64,000 nt of DNA from Victivallales bacterium (GTDB taxonomy: Bacteria > Verrucomicrobiota > Lentisphaeria > Victivallales > G963678815): contig OY787460.1 of the NCBI GenBank assembly GCA_963678815.1, forward strand, positions 7,031,503 to 7,095,502. Reading direction: 5' to 3'. The position numbers were made by a program, and so were the translations under genes. Below are positions 39,201 through 47,602 of the stretch, piece by piece (positions within the stretch are counted from its first letter, which is position 1; every line of letters begins with the position of its first letter). Under the pieces are notes generated by a model. It worked only from the letters and a program-made list of their open reading frames with translations, had not been told where the DNA came from and did not search any database.

Positions 39201-41316
39201 CTTCCTTGAATTTCACAACCGCTTGTTCCCACTGGTGGTTTTTCATCGACTTATCAGCTACCGTCATGGCTTGCTCGAAACGGTTGCGCCGCATTTTCAA
39301 GATGCCGGCCTTAGCGGTTTCCACCGCCTTGGGAATAAGTTTCGTGGCTGTCTGGTATTCAGCCATGGCTTGTTCCCACTGCTCGGACGCGGCGGCTTTG
39401 TCAGCGCGCAACAGCGCCAGCCGCGCATCAGCCCAGTAAGAGCCGCCGAACTTGTCCAGTTCGGCGCGTTCAATATTACGTGAAAGCAGACTTTTATTAA
39501 ACGTTTCTTTACTTAATGATAAATTGTAAGTTCCCCTGGCATATTGTGTTGCGTGTCTGTATTCCTTGTTCGCCGCGGCAAAGCTTTTAACAGCGCCGGA
39601 AAAATCACCTTTGGAAAATTTATTTTTTCCAGAATCTTTCAGTTTTTCGGCGTTGTTCCAAACTTTTTTAGCCAACTTCACGGAATCGTTTTTTTCCGCG
39701 ACCTTACGGTTTGTTTCAAGCTTTTTAGTGGCGGCAACCGCGGAATTCCGTTCCGAGTCGAGTTTCTTGAGATTGCGGCAGCCGGTTATGAGGTCCTGAT
39801 ATTTTCCCAGGGCGTCACCGTAAGATTTGGCTTCGTATAAATTATCCGCGGTTTTAAGCATCAGCCTGAGATTGGTTTTCCTTTGGCCGAATCCATGTTC
39901 CGATGATATGGGACTTATGCTTTCGAAAGCTATTTCCGCACGGCTTTTTATCGGGGCGGTTTCGGAAAGTCCGGCTTTTTCCTTGATCCTTGCCTGCATC
40001 TGCCGGGCATAAGCGTTTTGAGAGTCGATCGCCAGGATGTCTGCCGCCGCCGAAGACGCGATTGAAAAGTTACCCGACCTGAACGCCGAATCCAGCTTTA
40101 CTTTGAGCGTGTTCAGCTTTTCCCGGGTTTCCCGGGCCAGCTGTTCCTGACGCTGACGTTCCTCCTCGGCGGCCTTTTCCTTTGCCAACTGTTCGGCCTT
40201 GGCCTTCTGGATTTCCATGTATTTGGAATAACCGATGTATCCGCCGAATCCCAATCCCACAATTACAATCAGGAAAATAACCACCGCAATAACCGACCTG
40301 GACGATTTTTTGCCGCCAGTTGAATTTCTTCTGGTTATCTTTACCTTGTCTCCGCCGAGAGCGCCGATGAACTCCGTACAACTCGCAAAACGTTCTTCGG
40401 GAGTTTTAGCCAGCGCTTTTTTGAGAATCAGGTTCTGTTTTTTGGTAAGCTCGGAAAGCGGTTCCACTGATTCGCTTTTGATAACATTCATCATCAACAT
40501 TGTGTCGCCGGTATCGAAAACCGACTGGAACGGAACCTTGCCGGATATGAGCTCGTAGAACATGCAGGCAAGGGCGTACTGATCGGTTTCCGGACCCTGG
40601 TGTTTTCCTGCCCACTGCTCAGGGGCCATGTACGGGCGTGTGCCGGAAGTGTCGAACTGCTCCTGGGAAACCCGTCCCATTGAACTGCGGATCTCGGCGG
40701 CAAGCCCGAAATCAAGAACCTTAACATCCCCCTCGGGGGAAATCATTATGTTGGAAGGTTTCACATCGCGGTGAATAATCTTTTTTGAGTGCGCGAAATC
40801 CAGGGCCTGCGCGACTTGCGCACAGATGTTCACGGCCCTGTCCGGCGGCACTTTTCTGTCGGAAAACTGCTTGCGCCAGTTGGAGAGAGTCGATCCGGTA
40901 ACATACTCCATCACCACCAGGTAACTGTCGGGGAAAACCCGCAGGCGCTCCTGTGCCGCCGCATCAGCCTTTTGTACTTTGTGAAGATGTTCAAGCGATG
41001 CAATGTTCGGATGTTTGAGCTTGGAAACCAGCGCAAAATTCGAGCGCACGTTTTCCAGCTCTTCCGGAATGGCCGAAATCATCGGCGGCAGTACCTTTAC
41101 CGCAACATCGATTTGGGCGATGGTATCGCGCGCACGGTAAACGGCGCCGAAACCTCCGGCGCCCAGTTTTTCAGTAAGTTCGTAGCGGTCTATGCGGCCT
41201 AATGAATCAGTTGAAGGTTCATCCATGGTTGGCATGTTGCCAATTGATAAATCAAGGTTCTTTTCCTGCCCGTCACCTCCGACAGTGTTATAATCGCCTA
41301 TACTGTTTTCGTCCAT
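36238..41316 (-). CDS. Giant (1692 aa) Hanks-type Ser/Thr receptor kinase with a TM helix, a TPR/coiled-coil ectodomain and about 25 Sel1 repeats
   Basis: Kinase motifs GAGGFGAVYRARD, VAVKVL, IIHRDVKPSNIM and DFGLA. The TM helix is VIAVVIFLIVIVGLGFGGYIGY. Sel1 units of the type '(A/G)xxxxGxGVxKDxxKAxxWYKKAAxxG' recur many times. Confidence 0.8.
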   Translation of the reverse strand: MDENSIGDYNTVGGDGQEKNLDLSIGNMPTMDEPSTDSLGRIDRYELTEKLGAGGFGAVYRARDTIAQIDVAVKVLPPMISAIPEELENVRSNFALVSKLKHPNIASLEHLHKVQKADAAAQERLRVFPDSYLVVMEYVTGSTLSNWRKQFSDRKVPPDRAVNICAQVAQALDFAHSKKIIHRDVKPSNIMISPEGDVKVLDFGLAAEIRSSMGRVSQEQFDTSGTRPYMAPEQWAGKHQGPETDQYALACMFYELISGKVPFQSVFDTGDTMLMMNVIKSESVEPLSELTKKQNLILKKALAKTPEERFASCTEFIGALGGDKVKITRRNSTGGKKSSRSVIAVVIFLIVIVGLGFGGYIGYSKYMEIQKAKAEQLAKEKAAEEERQRQEQLARETREKLNTLKVKLDSAFRSGNFSIASSAAADILAIDSQNAYARQMQARIKEKAGLSETAPIKSRAEIAFESISPISSEHGFGQRKTNLRLMLKTADNLYEAKSYGDALGKYQDLITGCRNLKKLDSERNSAVAATKKLETNRKVAEKNDSVKLAKKVWNNAEKLKDSGKNKFSKGDFSGAVKSFAAANKEYRHATQYARGTYNLSLSKETFNKSLLSRNIERAELDKFGGSYWADARLALLRADKAAASEQWEQAMAEYQTATKLIPKAVETAKAGILKMRRNRFEQAMTVADKSMKNHQWEQAVVKFKEALKIPGYRDSKVALEGIKTAQGHITEFNALVAKAEKAEKNQLLWQAERLYEKAKAVKGYESNRKIALILKKLKDGLTGTVKSQKLMDQATCYEYGLAGKVDKKLAAKLYKQAAGTGYPSAQLYEAYCYLYGRLGFEELPQKANEIAKKCFPAALKLAESGDPIAQLAVGIAYETCCFPHEEGADYKQTASKAMYWYKKAAEKDNADAMNQIAMLYGGLKGVEGIKLDYAKTREWSHKAAEKGHVVAIHNLGSIYDGGVGVKKDYVKALRWYKKAAEKDYIDAITCIGFIYSKGGYGVDKDYSKALKWFTKAADNGGVCGMMNIARMYKMGYGVKKDYSKALEWYKKAAGKGSAYAMNGIANLYYKGGYGIDQNYAKAMEWYKKAAANYNIAAISNIGYMYQHGYGVKKDTSEAIKWYKKAAEKGNTSSMIKIGNYYYYGADGITKDDVKAIEWYEKAAKKGNTTGLYNVGKKFYKGEGVEKNFAEALKWLKQAAEKGNDRALSDIGDIYFYGGNGVDKNYVKALEWFKKAAGKGNRMSMYMIGYIYYLGTNGVDKDYAKALEWYKKAADKGLATAMYDIGRFYNYGYGVKKDYTKALEWYKKAAENGEVKAMNTLGRFYSWGIGGLKKDYTKAMEWYKKAAAKGDKLSINNIAFMYKLGNGVQKDYSKALEWYEKLADKGDSVAMHSIAMLYYIGGEGLPKNYFKAFDWFKKAADAGNSYSMNMIGQLYLNGKGFAKNYSKAMEWYKKAADNGNTSALGNIGYMYQNGYGVSKSSHMALLWYKKGAGKGNTTAMKNIANVYKYGLGVTKDYSKAMEWYTKAADKGDTRAMNSIAQFYKYGQGVDKDYTTAVEWYKKAAKRGNTLAMNNLGFTYTQGGYGITKNYDKAMEWYKKAADKGSAPAMTSIGLMYQNGHGVAKNYMDAMSWFLKASKKKNSNAMYSIGILYLQGGYGIKKNSIQARLWFQKSYDNSTFSYQKKRAQDMLNKL

Positions 41317-41337
41317 TGTGCTTCTTTTTATGTTAAG

Positions 41338-41371
41338 TCAGGAGTCAACCACCATTCCGGTCAACTCCTGA
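41338..41371 (-). other. Imperfect inverted repeat (TCAGGAGTCAACC ... GGTCAACTCCTGA) in the 82 nt gap between the lipoprotein gene and the giant kinase gene. Possible attenuator, processing site or protein-binding site.
   Basis: The stem is 8 plus 3 bp with 2 mismatches. No U-run follows on the transcript strand. A direct repeat GATATCAGGATATCAGGA lies adjacent on the transcript strand. Confidence 0.3.
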
Positions 41372-41398
41372 TATCCTGATATCGCCCGAATCCGTTTA

Positions 41399-42373
41399 TT
41401 ATTTTCTGAACAGATAGGAAATCAGTTCATTGACTCTGCCGTTAAGAGACCGCTGGTGGTATTCCTGGATTTCCGTCATTCCCTTGTTGACCAGGCCGTG
41501 GGGATAATCCTTCTTCCGGTAAACGAATTCCACGGTCAAAGTTTTCCGGGTGCGCTTGGTTTCCACGCAGGAAAGTACGCCCGGAAACTTTGCCACTTTT
41601 TTCAGCATCAGATTGATCCCTATCTGTTCTCTCGGCTGATTTCGCTCAAGGGTATCATAGAAAACGCCCCTGTCGAGGTCCGCGAATGCGGTCCTGAAAA
41701 TGTTCATGTCGAATTTGACGATAACGGCGGAAAGCCCGGCCATTTCCCGTTTTGAAACTTTAGCTACCCATTTTGCGCTTTTCTCAGCCAGTTTGTCGGC
41801 AAGGCTGTCAATGGCGTCGTCTTTATCGAATTTCCGGTCGCCTTTTGCGGTAATTTTGGTCCTGGCCAGCAGAGTATTTATTCCCCGGGCGTTTTTCAAA
41901 TACTCGCAAATAGTGCGGTTGATGGTAATTTCGGTTTTGCCTTTGTAAATAATGGATTTCCCGAGTTTGTCGAGTTTCCCGAGTGAATTCCTTATCGAAA
42001 CAACCAAATATGGATTTTTCGAGGAAACTTCAAATCCGGAATTCGCGATTGCTCCCGTAACGGACCTGCCAACGGCGTCAAAATCACTGGTTTTGGTTTC
42101 ATTTATCACACTCACGACAATTCTGGAAGGTGATACGTCGGTGAAATACCTTAATGGTTTAACATGTTTTGTAACCGAAGGTTTTTTCTTCTCAGGTGGA
42201 GCTGGCGGTTTCGGTCTTGGTTTCGGCGGCAATGGTTTTTTCTGATCCTGAATGCTTCCTGATACCGGCAGCACTTCATCATGTATGATCGGCTTGGTTG
42301 ACGGGCATCCGGTCATGAGTAAGGTTACTCCCAGGACCGCCACCGCTATTTTTATTTTTGTGATGGTTTTCAT
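41399..42373 (-). CDS. Lipoprotein (lipobox LLMTGC) with a Pro/Lys-rich linker. Hypothetical.
   Basis: The signal peptide plus Cys is 'AVLGVTLLMTGC'. A PPKPRPKPPAPPEKKKP linker follows. Confidence 0.5.
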   Translation of the reverse strand: MKTITKIKIAVAVLGVTLLMTGCPSTKPIIHDEVLPVSGSIQDQKKPLPPKPRPKPPAPPEKKKPSVTKHVKPLRYFTDVSPSRIVVSVINETKTSDFDAVGRSVTGAIANSGFEVSSKNPYLVVSIRNSLGKLDKLGKSIIYKGKTEITINRTICEYLKNARGINTLLARTKITAKGDRKFDKDDAIDSLADKLAEKSAKWVAKVSKREMAGLSAVIVKFDMNIFRTAFADLDRGVFYDTLERNQPREQIGINLMLKKVAKFPGVLSCVETKRTRKTLTVEFVYRKKDYPHGLVNKGMTEIQEYHQRSLNGRVNELISYLFRK

Positions 42374-42420
42374 TTTTATACTCTCCTGTAATAGGTTTGT
42401 TGATTATGATCTATCCGGCT

Positions 42421-43632
42421 TTACCGGGCACGGGTCATTAATCTGAACCCGGAAAAGACAAACACCAGCACCAGGATAATGGCAATAAGCACAACCGCAC
42501 CGCCGCCGATACCAATTATCAGATAGGTATTTTCTTCCCAGAACGTTTTTAGTTTTGTGTTTGATGATTGTTCTTCTTCAAATTTGCCGTCGAAAGTCCC
42601 GCCCCAGAGGATTTTATTGTTCTTGAAATCCCTGAGCTTTACGTCAACCATCAAACTTGCTTCGTTCTCATCGCCTTTGGCGTTGATAACTCTGGCGATC
42701 AGGTAGGTATTGGTGCGCGAACCGTATTTTCCCTTGCTTACCGCATTCGGATTGACATTGTACATTTTCTCCAACTTCTTCATGATTTCAGAAAGCTTTT
42801 TCGCCGAATACGTTGGGGAATTCGCTTCAAGGTCAATCGCAATATCTCTAATCTCCAGAGGGTCTACGGAAGAAGGATTGGCGTAAATTGCCATATTTTT
42901 GTCACCGGCGGAAACGAACTGTGAAATCAGGACATCCGAAACGGCACTCGCTTTTTTTCCTATAACCGGCAATACGAAAACATTGCATTCCGGCAATTTA
43001 TTCTGCTCAACGGCAAGCTTTTCCTTGATCTGTCTGCCGGCATCCCTTACGGCTTTCATCAGGGTGTCCGGAACTTCTTCCCTTTTGATGGCGCCCCGGT
43101 AACGGCCGGTAACGTTTCCTTCCCAGATCTGTTCGCCGGTTTCAATTCTGGACAAGGTCAATGTTGCCCGGAAAACCGCGGTCCCGTCGGAATCAGTATT
43201 AGCTTCCCTGATTACGCCGTACAGATATGCCTGAACGCCTTTGAAATCTCCGAATTTCTGCAACGTTTTGGCATCCATGATGTCGCCGCGCTTATGCGCC
43301 AGTTCAATTTCCTTGGTCAGGAGGCCCCATTCAACCTCTTTGCGGGTATAAAACTTGAAGCGGCTTTTCAGGTTGTGAAGGGCGGCCCGGAATGTCGTAT
43401 TGTATCCTTTCCGGTCACCGGCAAGGCCGATAAACGCAATTGAGTCAACTCCCCTGACTTTGCTTGCCGCAGCCATTTTCGAGACAGCTTCTTCCGCGGC
43501 TTTTTCAACCGCGTAATCCATGTCCCGTTCGCCATCCGCCCAAGCCAGCAGCGACAACACGCATAAGATGCAAACCGCAAGACCCGACTTCAGGAACTTT
43601 ACCTTTCTCAATTTCATCCTAAACCTCCTCAA
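42421..43632 (-). CDS. Secreted two-domain protein with a C-terminal TM anchor. Hypothetical, possibly LpoB/TolB-N-like folds.
   Basis: It has a signal peptide and a C-terminal TM helix 'YLIIGIGGGAVVLIAIILVLVFVF'. Confidence 0.45.
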   Translation of the reverse strand: MRRFRMKLRKVKFLKSGLAVCILCVLSLLAWADGERDMDYAVEKAAEEAVSKMAAASKVRGVDSIAFIGLAGDRKGYNTTFRAALHNLKSRFKFYTRKEVEWGLLTKEIELAHKRGDIMDAKTLQKFGDFKGVQAYLYGVIREANTDSDGTAVFRATLTLSRIETGEQIWEGNVTGRYRGAIKREEVPDTLMKAVRDAGRQIKEKLAVEQNKLPECNVFVLPVIGKKASAVSDVLISQFVSAGDKNMAIYANPSSVDPLEIRDIAIDLEANSPTYSAKKLSEIMKKLEKMYNVNPNAVSKGKYGSRTNTYLIARVINAKGDENEASLMVDVKLRDFKNNKILWGGTFDGKFEEEQSSNTKLKTFWEENTYLIIGIGGGAVVLIAIILVLVFVFSGFRLMTRAR

Positions 43633-43665
43633 TTTGTTTTTTAAACAGTTTTGTTATAATTATTG

Positions 43666-43691
43666 TACGTAAGCAAAAAAACCGCCTCACG
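43666..43691 (-). promoter_or_regulatory. Candidate ECF-type promoter, motif copy B (CGTGAGG-N15-CGTA), 34 nt upstream of the 42421..43632 start
   Basis: An RBS (GGAGGTTT) follows. Confidence 0.5.
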
Positions 43692-43739
43692 CCTAGACCG
43701 TTATTATTTATCCATAAAATTTTCCCGGAAAATATCGCC

Positions 43740-45338
43740 TTAATCATTCAGGAAATACTGTTTAAACGTAGTAACTTCGGCAATTCCCGACTCAGGGGGT
43801 AATTTTGTTTCAGGCTCGAGCCAATACCATTTCTCATTTTCTTCAACCAGGGCAAACGAATCATGCTTATACCGGATGGCCCATTTTTTCGAGGTATTTA
43901 CCTCTACCGCGGTCAAGGGAAGCCATTTATTGATGATGATGTATGATTCGGGAATACTGTCATATCTGGAAACGGCAATTCCGGAAATAGCGTCTTTAAC
44001 CTGATTTTTTGTCAAGTCATGTACCGAGTCAAATGACGAACTGCCCCGTTCAATATCATTCAGATAGGTTTTGTAAACCCTTAATTTCAAAACAATGTTA
44101 TTGTTGACGGCAATACCGCCCAAGACAAGATCGATTTCCGATTGTACGGGAATGGACTGTTTTTTTGCCCCGATCCGCTGATTGTCGATAAATGAGCCGT
44201 TGGAAGAAGTGTCCGTAACCCAGGCCATATCATCGTCCACCCCTATTTTGCAGTGCAGTCCGCTGATCCGGCAGTTTTCGTAAATCATTCTCTGCCGGTC
44301 CCACGGCGGACTTTCATCCGGGCCGGGAAGTTTTCTGATAATAACGTCGGCGTCCCGGGAGCGTCCGAAAGTAATTTCTCCGTTCAGCAGATGGATTCGC
44401 CGTCCTGAATTCGTGAACAGCGTCAAACTGCTGTATTTTTTGCTCGGGGCGGGAGGAATCGTCAATTTGGGCCTTTGCTGATATCCTATCCCGGATAGCG
44501 GAATAGCGGAAAAGAGGATAAGTTCCGTCCACAGGTCGGTTTTTTTCAGACTGTCGAGCAGGTCGTTCAGCGAACCGCCGGAATCCTGGGCGTTTCGCAG
44601 AATGTCCAGGGCCAAATTCGGATCGCCGCCATAGCCTTCCTGCTTGATGTCGCCGATAGAGATTGTTAAATTGTCCAGAATTTTGTCCTTTGACGTATGC
44701 TGGGAATACACATCTATGGTGATCTGCTGATCAAAGCACATCAATTGTCCGTTCATTTCGTAGGAAAAATAAAAATCAACGGCCTGGGCCGTACCGATAT
44801 TGGCAAGTTTAGGTTTGTAGTTTACATAAACTTCCCTCGGCGCTGAAAGCCGGGCAAAACGCAGCGGCTGTTCCTTGAAGGATGCTTCATAGGGAAATTT
44901 CAGGAACAATCGAAAATTAGCTGCGTTCCGCGATTCCCTGGAAACCGGGGTAAACCTGAAGGATATCGATGAAGTGGTTTCCGCGATAAAAATAGCCGAT
45001 CCCTTGTTCCATTCACACTGGAAATGGGGACAATCCGAGCTGAATCCGCCGTATACCGGTTCAACTTTCGGTGCGGGTCCAGGCTGCCGGACGTCATTGC
45101 CGGTCAGGGGATTATCACTGTCAACCAGGGTCTTCTGCATTGACACGATCTTTTCCCCAACGGTATCATCGGTTTTTGCAGTTTGATTCCGTGCGCTTTC
45201 ATTTACAGTATCAGGTTTTCCTTCAACTGTTTCTGAAAGTTTTTGTTCAGCTCCTGCCGATGTCAGCTTTGTTCCGCAGCTCATACAAACGACATCCGAG
45301 GCGCCAACTGAACTTTCACATTCAGGGCAGACAGGCAT
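43740..45338 (-). CDS. N-terminal zinc-ribbon plus C-terminal FHA domain protein
   Basis: The zinc ribbon is 'CPECESSVGASDVVCMSCG'. The FHA domain reads 'GEITFGRSRDADVIIRK...ISGLHCKIGVDDDMAWVTDTSSNGSFIDNQRI'. Confidence 0.7.
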   Translation of the reverse strand: MPVCPECESSVGASDVVCMSCGTKLTSAGAEQKLSETVEGKPDTVNESARNQTAKTDDTVGEKIVSMQKTLVDSDNPLTGNDVRQPGPAPKVEPVYGGFSSDCPHFQCEWNKGSAIFIAETTSSISFRFTPVSRESRNAANFRLFLKFPYEASFKEQPLRFARLSAPREVYVNYKPKLANIGTAQAVDFYFSYEMNGQLMCFDQQITIDVYSQHTSKDKILDNLTISIGDIKQEGYGGDPNLALDILRNAQDSGGSLNDLLDSLKKTDLWTELILFSAIPLSGIGYQQRPKLTIPPAPSKKYSSLTLFTNSGRRIHLLNGEITFGRSRDADVIIRKLPGPDESPPWDRQRMIYENCRISGLHCKIGVDDDMAWVTDTSSNGSFIDNQRIGAKKQSIPVQSEIDLVLGGIAVNNNIVLKLRVYKTYLNDIERGSSSFDSVHDLTKNQVKDAISGIAVSRYDSIPESYIIINKWLPLTAVEVNTSKKWAIRYKHDSFALVEENEKWYWLEPETKLPPESGIAEVTTFKQYFLND

Positions 45339-45475
45339 TAAATTTTCCCCTTATAAACAAAGTAATGATTTTAAATATCCCCATAATCATTAAAAATTCA
45401 AACAGTTAAAACATTTTCCGTCAGGCTGTTTCACAAAATGATTACGTAAATCACCCTAACGAAAAAGAGTATAAC

Positions 45476-47338
45476 TCAATCGCATGGCTTTGCCAAGACA
45501 ATTCTGAACCCAAGATTACGGTTTTTGTACGATTTATTGTGCTCAATCCGATTTGCGCTGCGGCATGAACCCGCCGGACTGTCCCAGGCTCCCCCCCGGG
45601 CAATCCTTGTATATGCGGATGCCTTGCCGACAGGATCGGTACTTGCCGAGTCCGCATAATTGCTTTTTGAATCATTGCACCATTCCCACACGTTGCCGTG
45701 CATGTCATGGATACCCCACGCGTTAGGCTGACGTGAACCCGCTTTCTCCGGAACGTCATCTTTTGAGCCGAAATTAGCGAATTCGCCAAGTTCATCGATC
45801 ATGCTGCCGCAGGAATAATCGGTTTTGGTTCCGGCCCGGCAGCAGTATTCCCATTCCGCTTCGGTCGGGAGCCGGAATACATATCCGGCGGGAATGCTGG
45901 ATTTCACATACTTGTTTAACTTCCGGCAGAACCGTTCCGCGTCAGTCCATGAAATATCCCTGACAGGTTTGTCTCCCGTATCAATTTTTTTGTCGCTCTC
46001 TTTGCTGCTGTCATCGCTCCCGGAGAAACTCAGAAGCGGTTTATTGCCGGTTTCCTTCTTTTTTTCTTCCGTAAGTGCCTTCATATCGCCAGACATCACG
46101 GCGTTATATTCCGCTTCCGTGATTTCTTTTTTGGATATCCAGAATTTATTTGAGATTTTCACTGTCCTTACCGGTTTTTCGTCGGAATTTCCTTTTTCCG
46201 ATCCCATCTGGAATTTCCCGGGGGATATTTCAACAAATTCTATCCCTATCAGCTTTTTCTCGGGATTTTTCACCGGACTGGCCACCGGGACCGGAGGTTG
46301 CGGTTTAACTCCTTTTTCTTCACTGCCGCCGCCAGACATGCCGATCCTTATCGCCTCAAAACAAATTATAAACGCAATGATTACAGCAGCAGCTATAGCC
46401 ATTACCCGATACCACGAGCGGCGTTCACCCGCATTCATGGCTTCTTTCAATTCCGCGGCGAACCCTCCGGCAGTGGGACGGTTGTTGGGATTCTTGTCCA
46501 GCGCCGCCATAACCACCGAGGCTATCCGTTTGTTAAGGCGCGGAGCGGCCTTGCTCAAAGGTTCAGGTTCTTCCGTTCTCAGCACTTCCAGGGTTTCGTG
46601 TACGGTCAATCCTTCCACCTGGAATGGAAATTTCCCGGAAAAAGCCTCGTAAGCCATGATCCCGAGCGCATAGACATCTCCGGACGGAGCATTCGGGACA
46701 TCAGTATTTCTGGAGGTTTTCTCCGGCGGAATATATGCGGGAGTACCGGAAATATATCCTGTTTGAGTATGGTATATCAGGCTGTCCGCTTCCATGGGCT
46801 TCATTAATCCAAAGTCCAGGAGCTTGATTTCGTCATGACTGTCAAGCATTATGTTGTTCGGTTTTATGTCGCGATGGGTCAACCCCTTATCATGCAGTTT
46901 GGCGAGAATTTCCGCGACTCTGGCAATGATGGCAATCTTCCTTTTCAGTGTCAGGTCTTTTCTGAATACTTCACATAATGTCTGTCCTTCCACGAACTCC
47001 ATGGCGAAATACAGCCAGCCGTCATCATTCCCGCAGTCGAACACCTTTACGCAGCCGGGAATATCCAGCCCCGCCTGAATATGGATTTCCCGCTGAAAAC
47101 GTTCCTGCTCTTCCGAAGTTTGATTTACGTCACGCTTCAGTATTTTCAAGGCAACCTTGCGCTTGAGCTTGGTGTCGTGAGCGCGAAATACGGTTGCCAT
47201 GCCCCCTTCGCCAACGCGTTCCAGATCCTCATATTTCCCCAGCTTCGCGCCGTCAGGCGGACATATACAGGTAGTGGTCTCTGATTTGTCCTCTAAAGCG
47301 GCCAGTTTTACCGTCTTCTTTTCTGGGTCATTGTTCAT
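45476..47338 (-). CDS. Hanks-type Ser/Thr receptor kinase with a TM helix and a C-terminal FGE-sulfatase-like domain. The FGE domain lacks the Cys pair, so it is probably a non-catalytic sensor.
   Basis: Kinase motifs GEGGMATVFRAHD, VALKILK, LTHRDIKPNNIMLD, DFGLMK and GTPAYIPPEK. The TM helix is WYRVMAIAAAVIIAFIICF. The FGE domain reads 'WISKKEITEAEYNAV...LPTEAEWEYCCRAG...GNVWEWCND...GGAWDSPAGSCRS'. Confidence 0.8.
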   Translation of the reverse strand: MNNDPEKKTVKLAALEDKSETTTCICPPDGAKLGKYEDLERVGEGGMATVFRAHDTKLKRKVALKILKRDVNQTSEEQERFQREIHIQAGLDIPGCVKVFDCGNDDGWLYFAMEFVEGQTLCEVFRKDLTLKRKIAIIARVAEILAKLHDKGLTHRDIKPNNIMLDSHDEIKLLDFGLMKPMEADSLIYHTQTGYISGTPAYIPPEKTSRNTDVPNAPSGDVYALGIMAYEAFSGKFPFQVEGLTVHETLEVLRTEEPEPLSKAAPRLNKRIASVVMAALDKNPNNRPTAGGFAAELKEAMNAGERRSWYRVMAIAAAVIIAFIICFEAIRIGMSGGGSEEKGVKPQPPVPVASPVKNPEKKLIGIEFVEISPGKFQMGSEKGNSDEKPVRTVKISNKFWISKKEITEAEYNAVMSGDMKALTEEKKKETGNKPLLSFSGSDDSSKESDKKIDTGDKPVRDISWTDAERFCRKLNKYVKSSIPAGYVFRLPTEAEWEYCCRAGTKTDYSCGSMIDELGEFANFGSKDDVPEKAGSRQPNAWGIHDMHGNVWEWCNDSKSNYADSASTDPVGKASAYTRIARGGAWDSPAGSCRSANRIEHNKSYKNRNLGFRIVLAKPCD

Positions 47339-47391
47339 TATATCTGTTTACGCTTCATTTTGTATTTCATTTTGCCCCATGTAACATATAT

Positions 47392-47417
47392 TACGGCTGA
47401 ATTATATCAACATCACG
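47392..47417 (-). promoter_or_regulatory. Candidate ECF-type promoter, motif copy D (CGTGATG-N15-CGTA), 54 nt upstream of the kinase start at 47338
   Basis: The surrounding 40 nt (TGTAACATATATTACGG..ATTATATCAACATCACGG) are about 90% identical to copy E at 50740-50780. Confidence 0.5.
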
Positions 47418-47472
47418 GTTTTTATAAAAAAATCTGCACATATTTCCCTCTGGGCGAGGTTTCACCGGGCCG

Positions 47473-47489
47473 CCAAGGATAATCCTTGG
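47473..47489. promoter_or_regulatory. Perfect 17 nt palindrome CCAAGGATAATCCTTGG in the kinase intergenic region. It is flanked by two copies of the direct repeat GAGGTTTCACCGRGCCG at 47456-47472 and 47570-47586.
   Basis: Observed directly in the sequence. It lies between the stop of 47603..50713 and promoter motif copy D. Confidence 0.4.
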
Positions 47490-47602
47490 ATTATAACGGC
47501 ATTGCTCCGTTGCGCTGACAATGCATCCCTCCATAAGCCCCTCTGTTCGCGGCATTTTTTTGGGAGGACGAGGTTTCACCGAGCCGTATTGAAATTTACC
47601 AT

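Noticed and set aside
2259-40381. Numerous 60-190 aa antisense ORFs inside the large genes, for example 2259..2516, 8662..9045, 12434..12820, 30249..30758 and 38000..38562
   Set aside because: They are embedded in long, well-supported genes on the opposite strand. Several recur only because of the 2 kb duplication. They show no independent coding signal.
45339-45475. TGAAAC…CGGAAAAT and GGGTGATTTACGTAAT upstream of the FHA gene 43740..45338 as a sixth copy of the promoter motif
   Set aside because: The spacing between CGTGA-like and CGTA elements does not match the N15 architecture of the five good copies. The gene may instead be co-transcribed with the upstream kinase.
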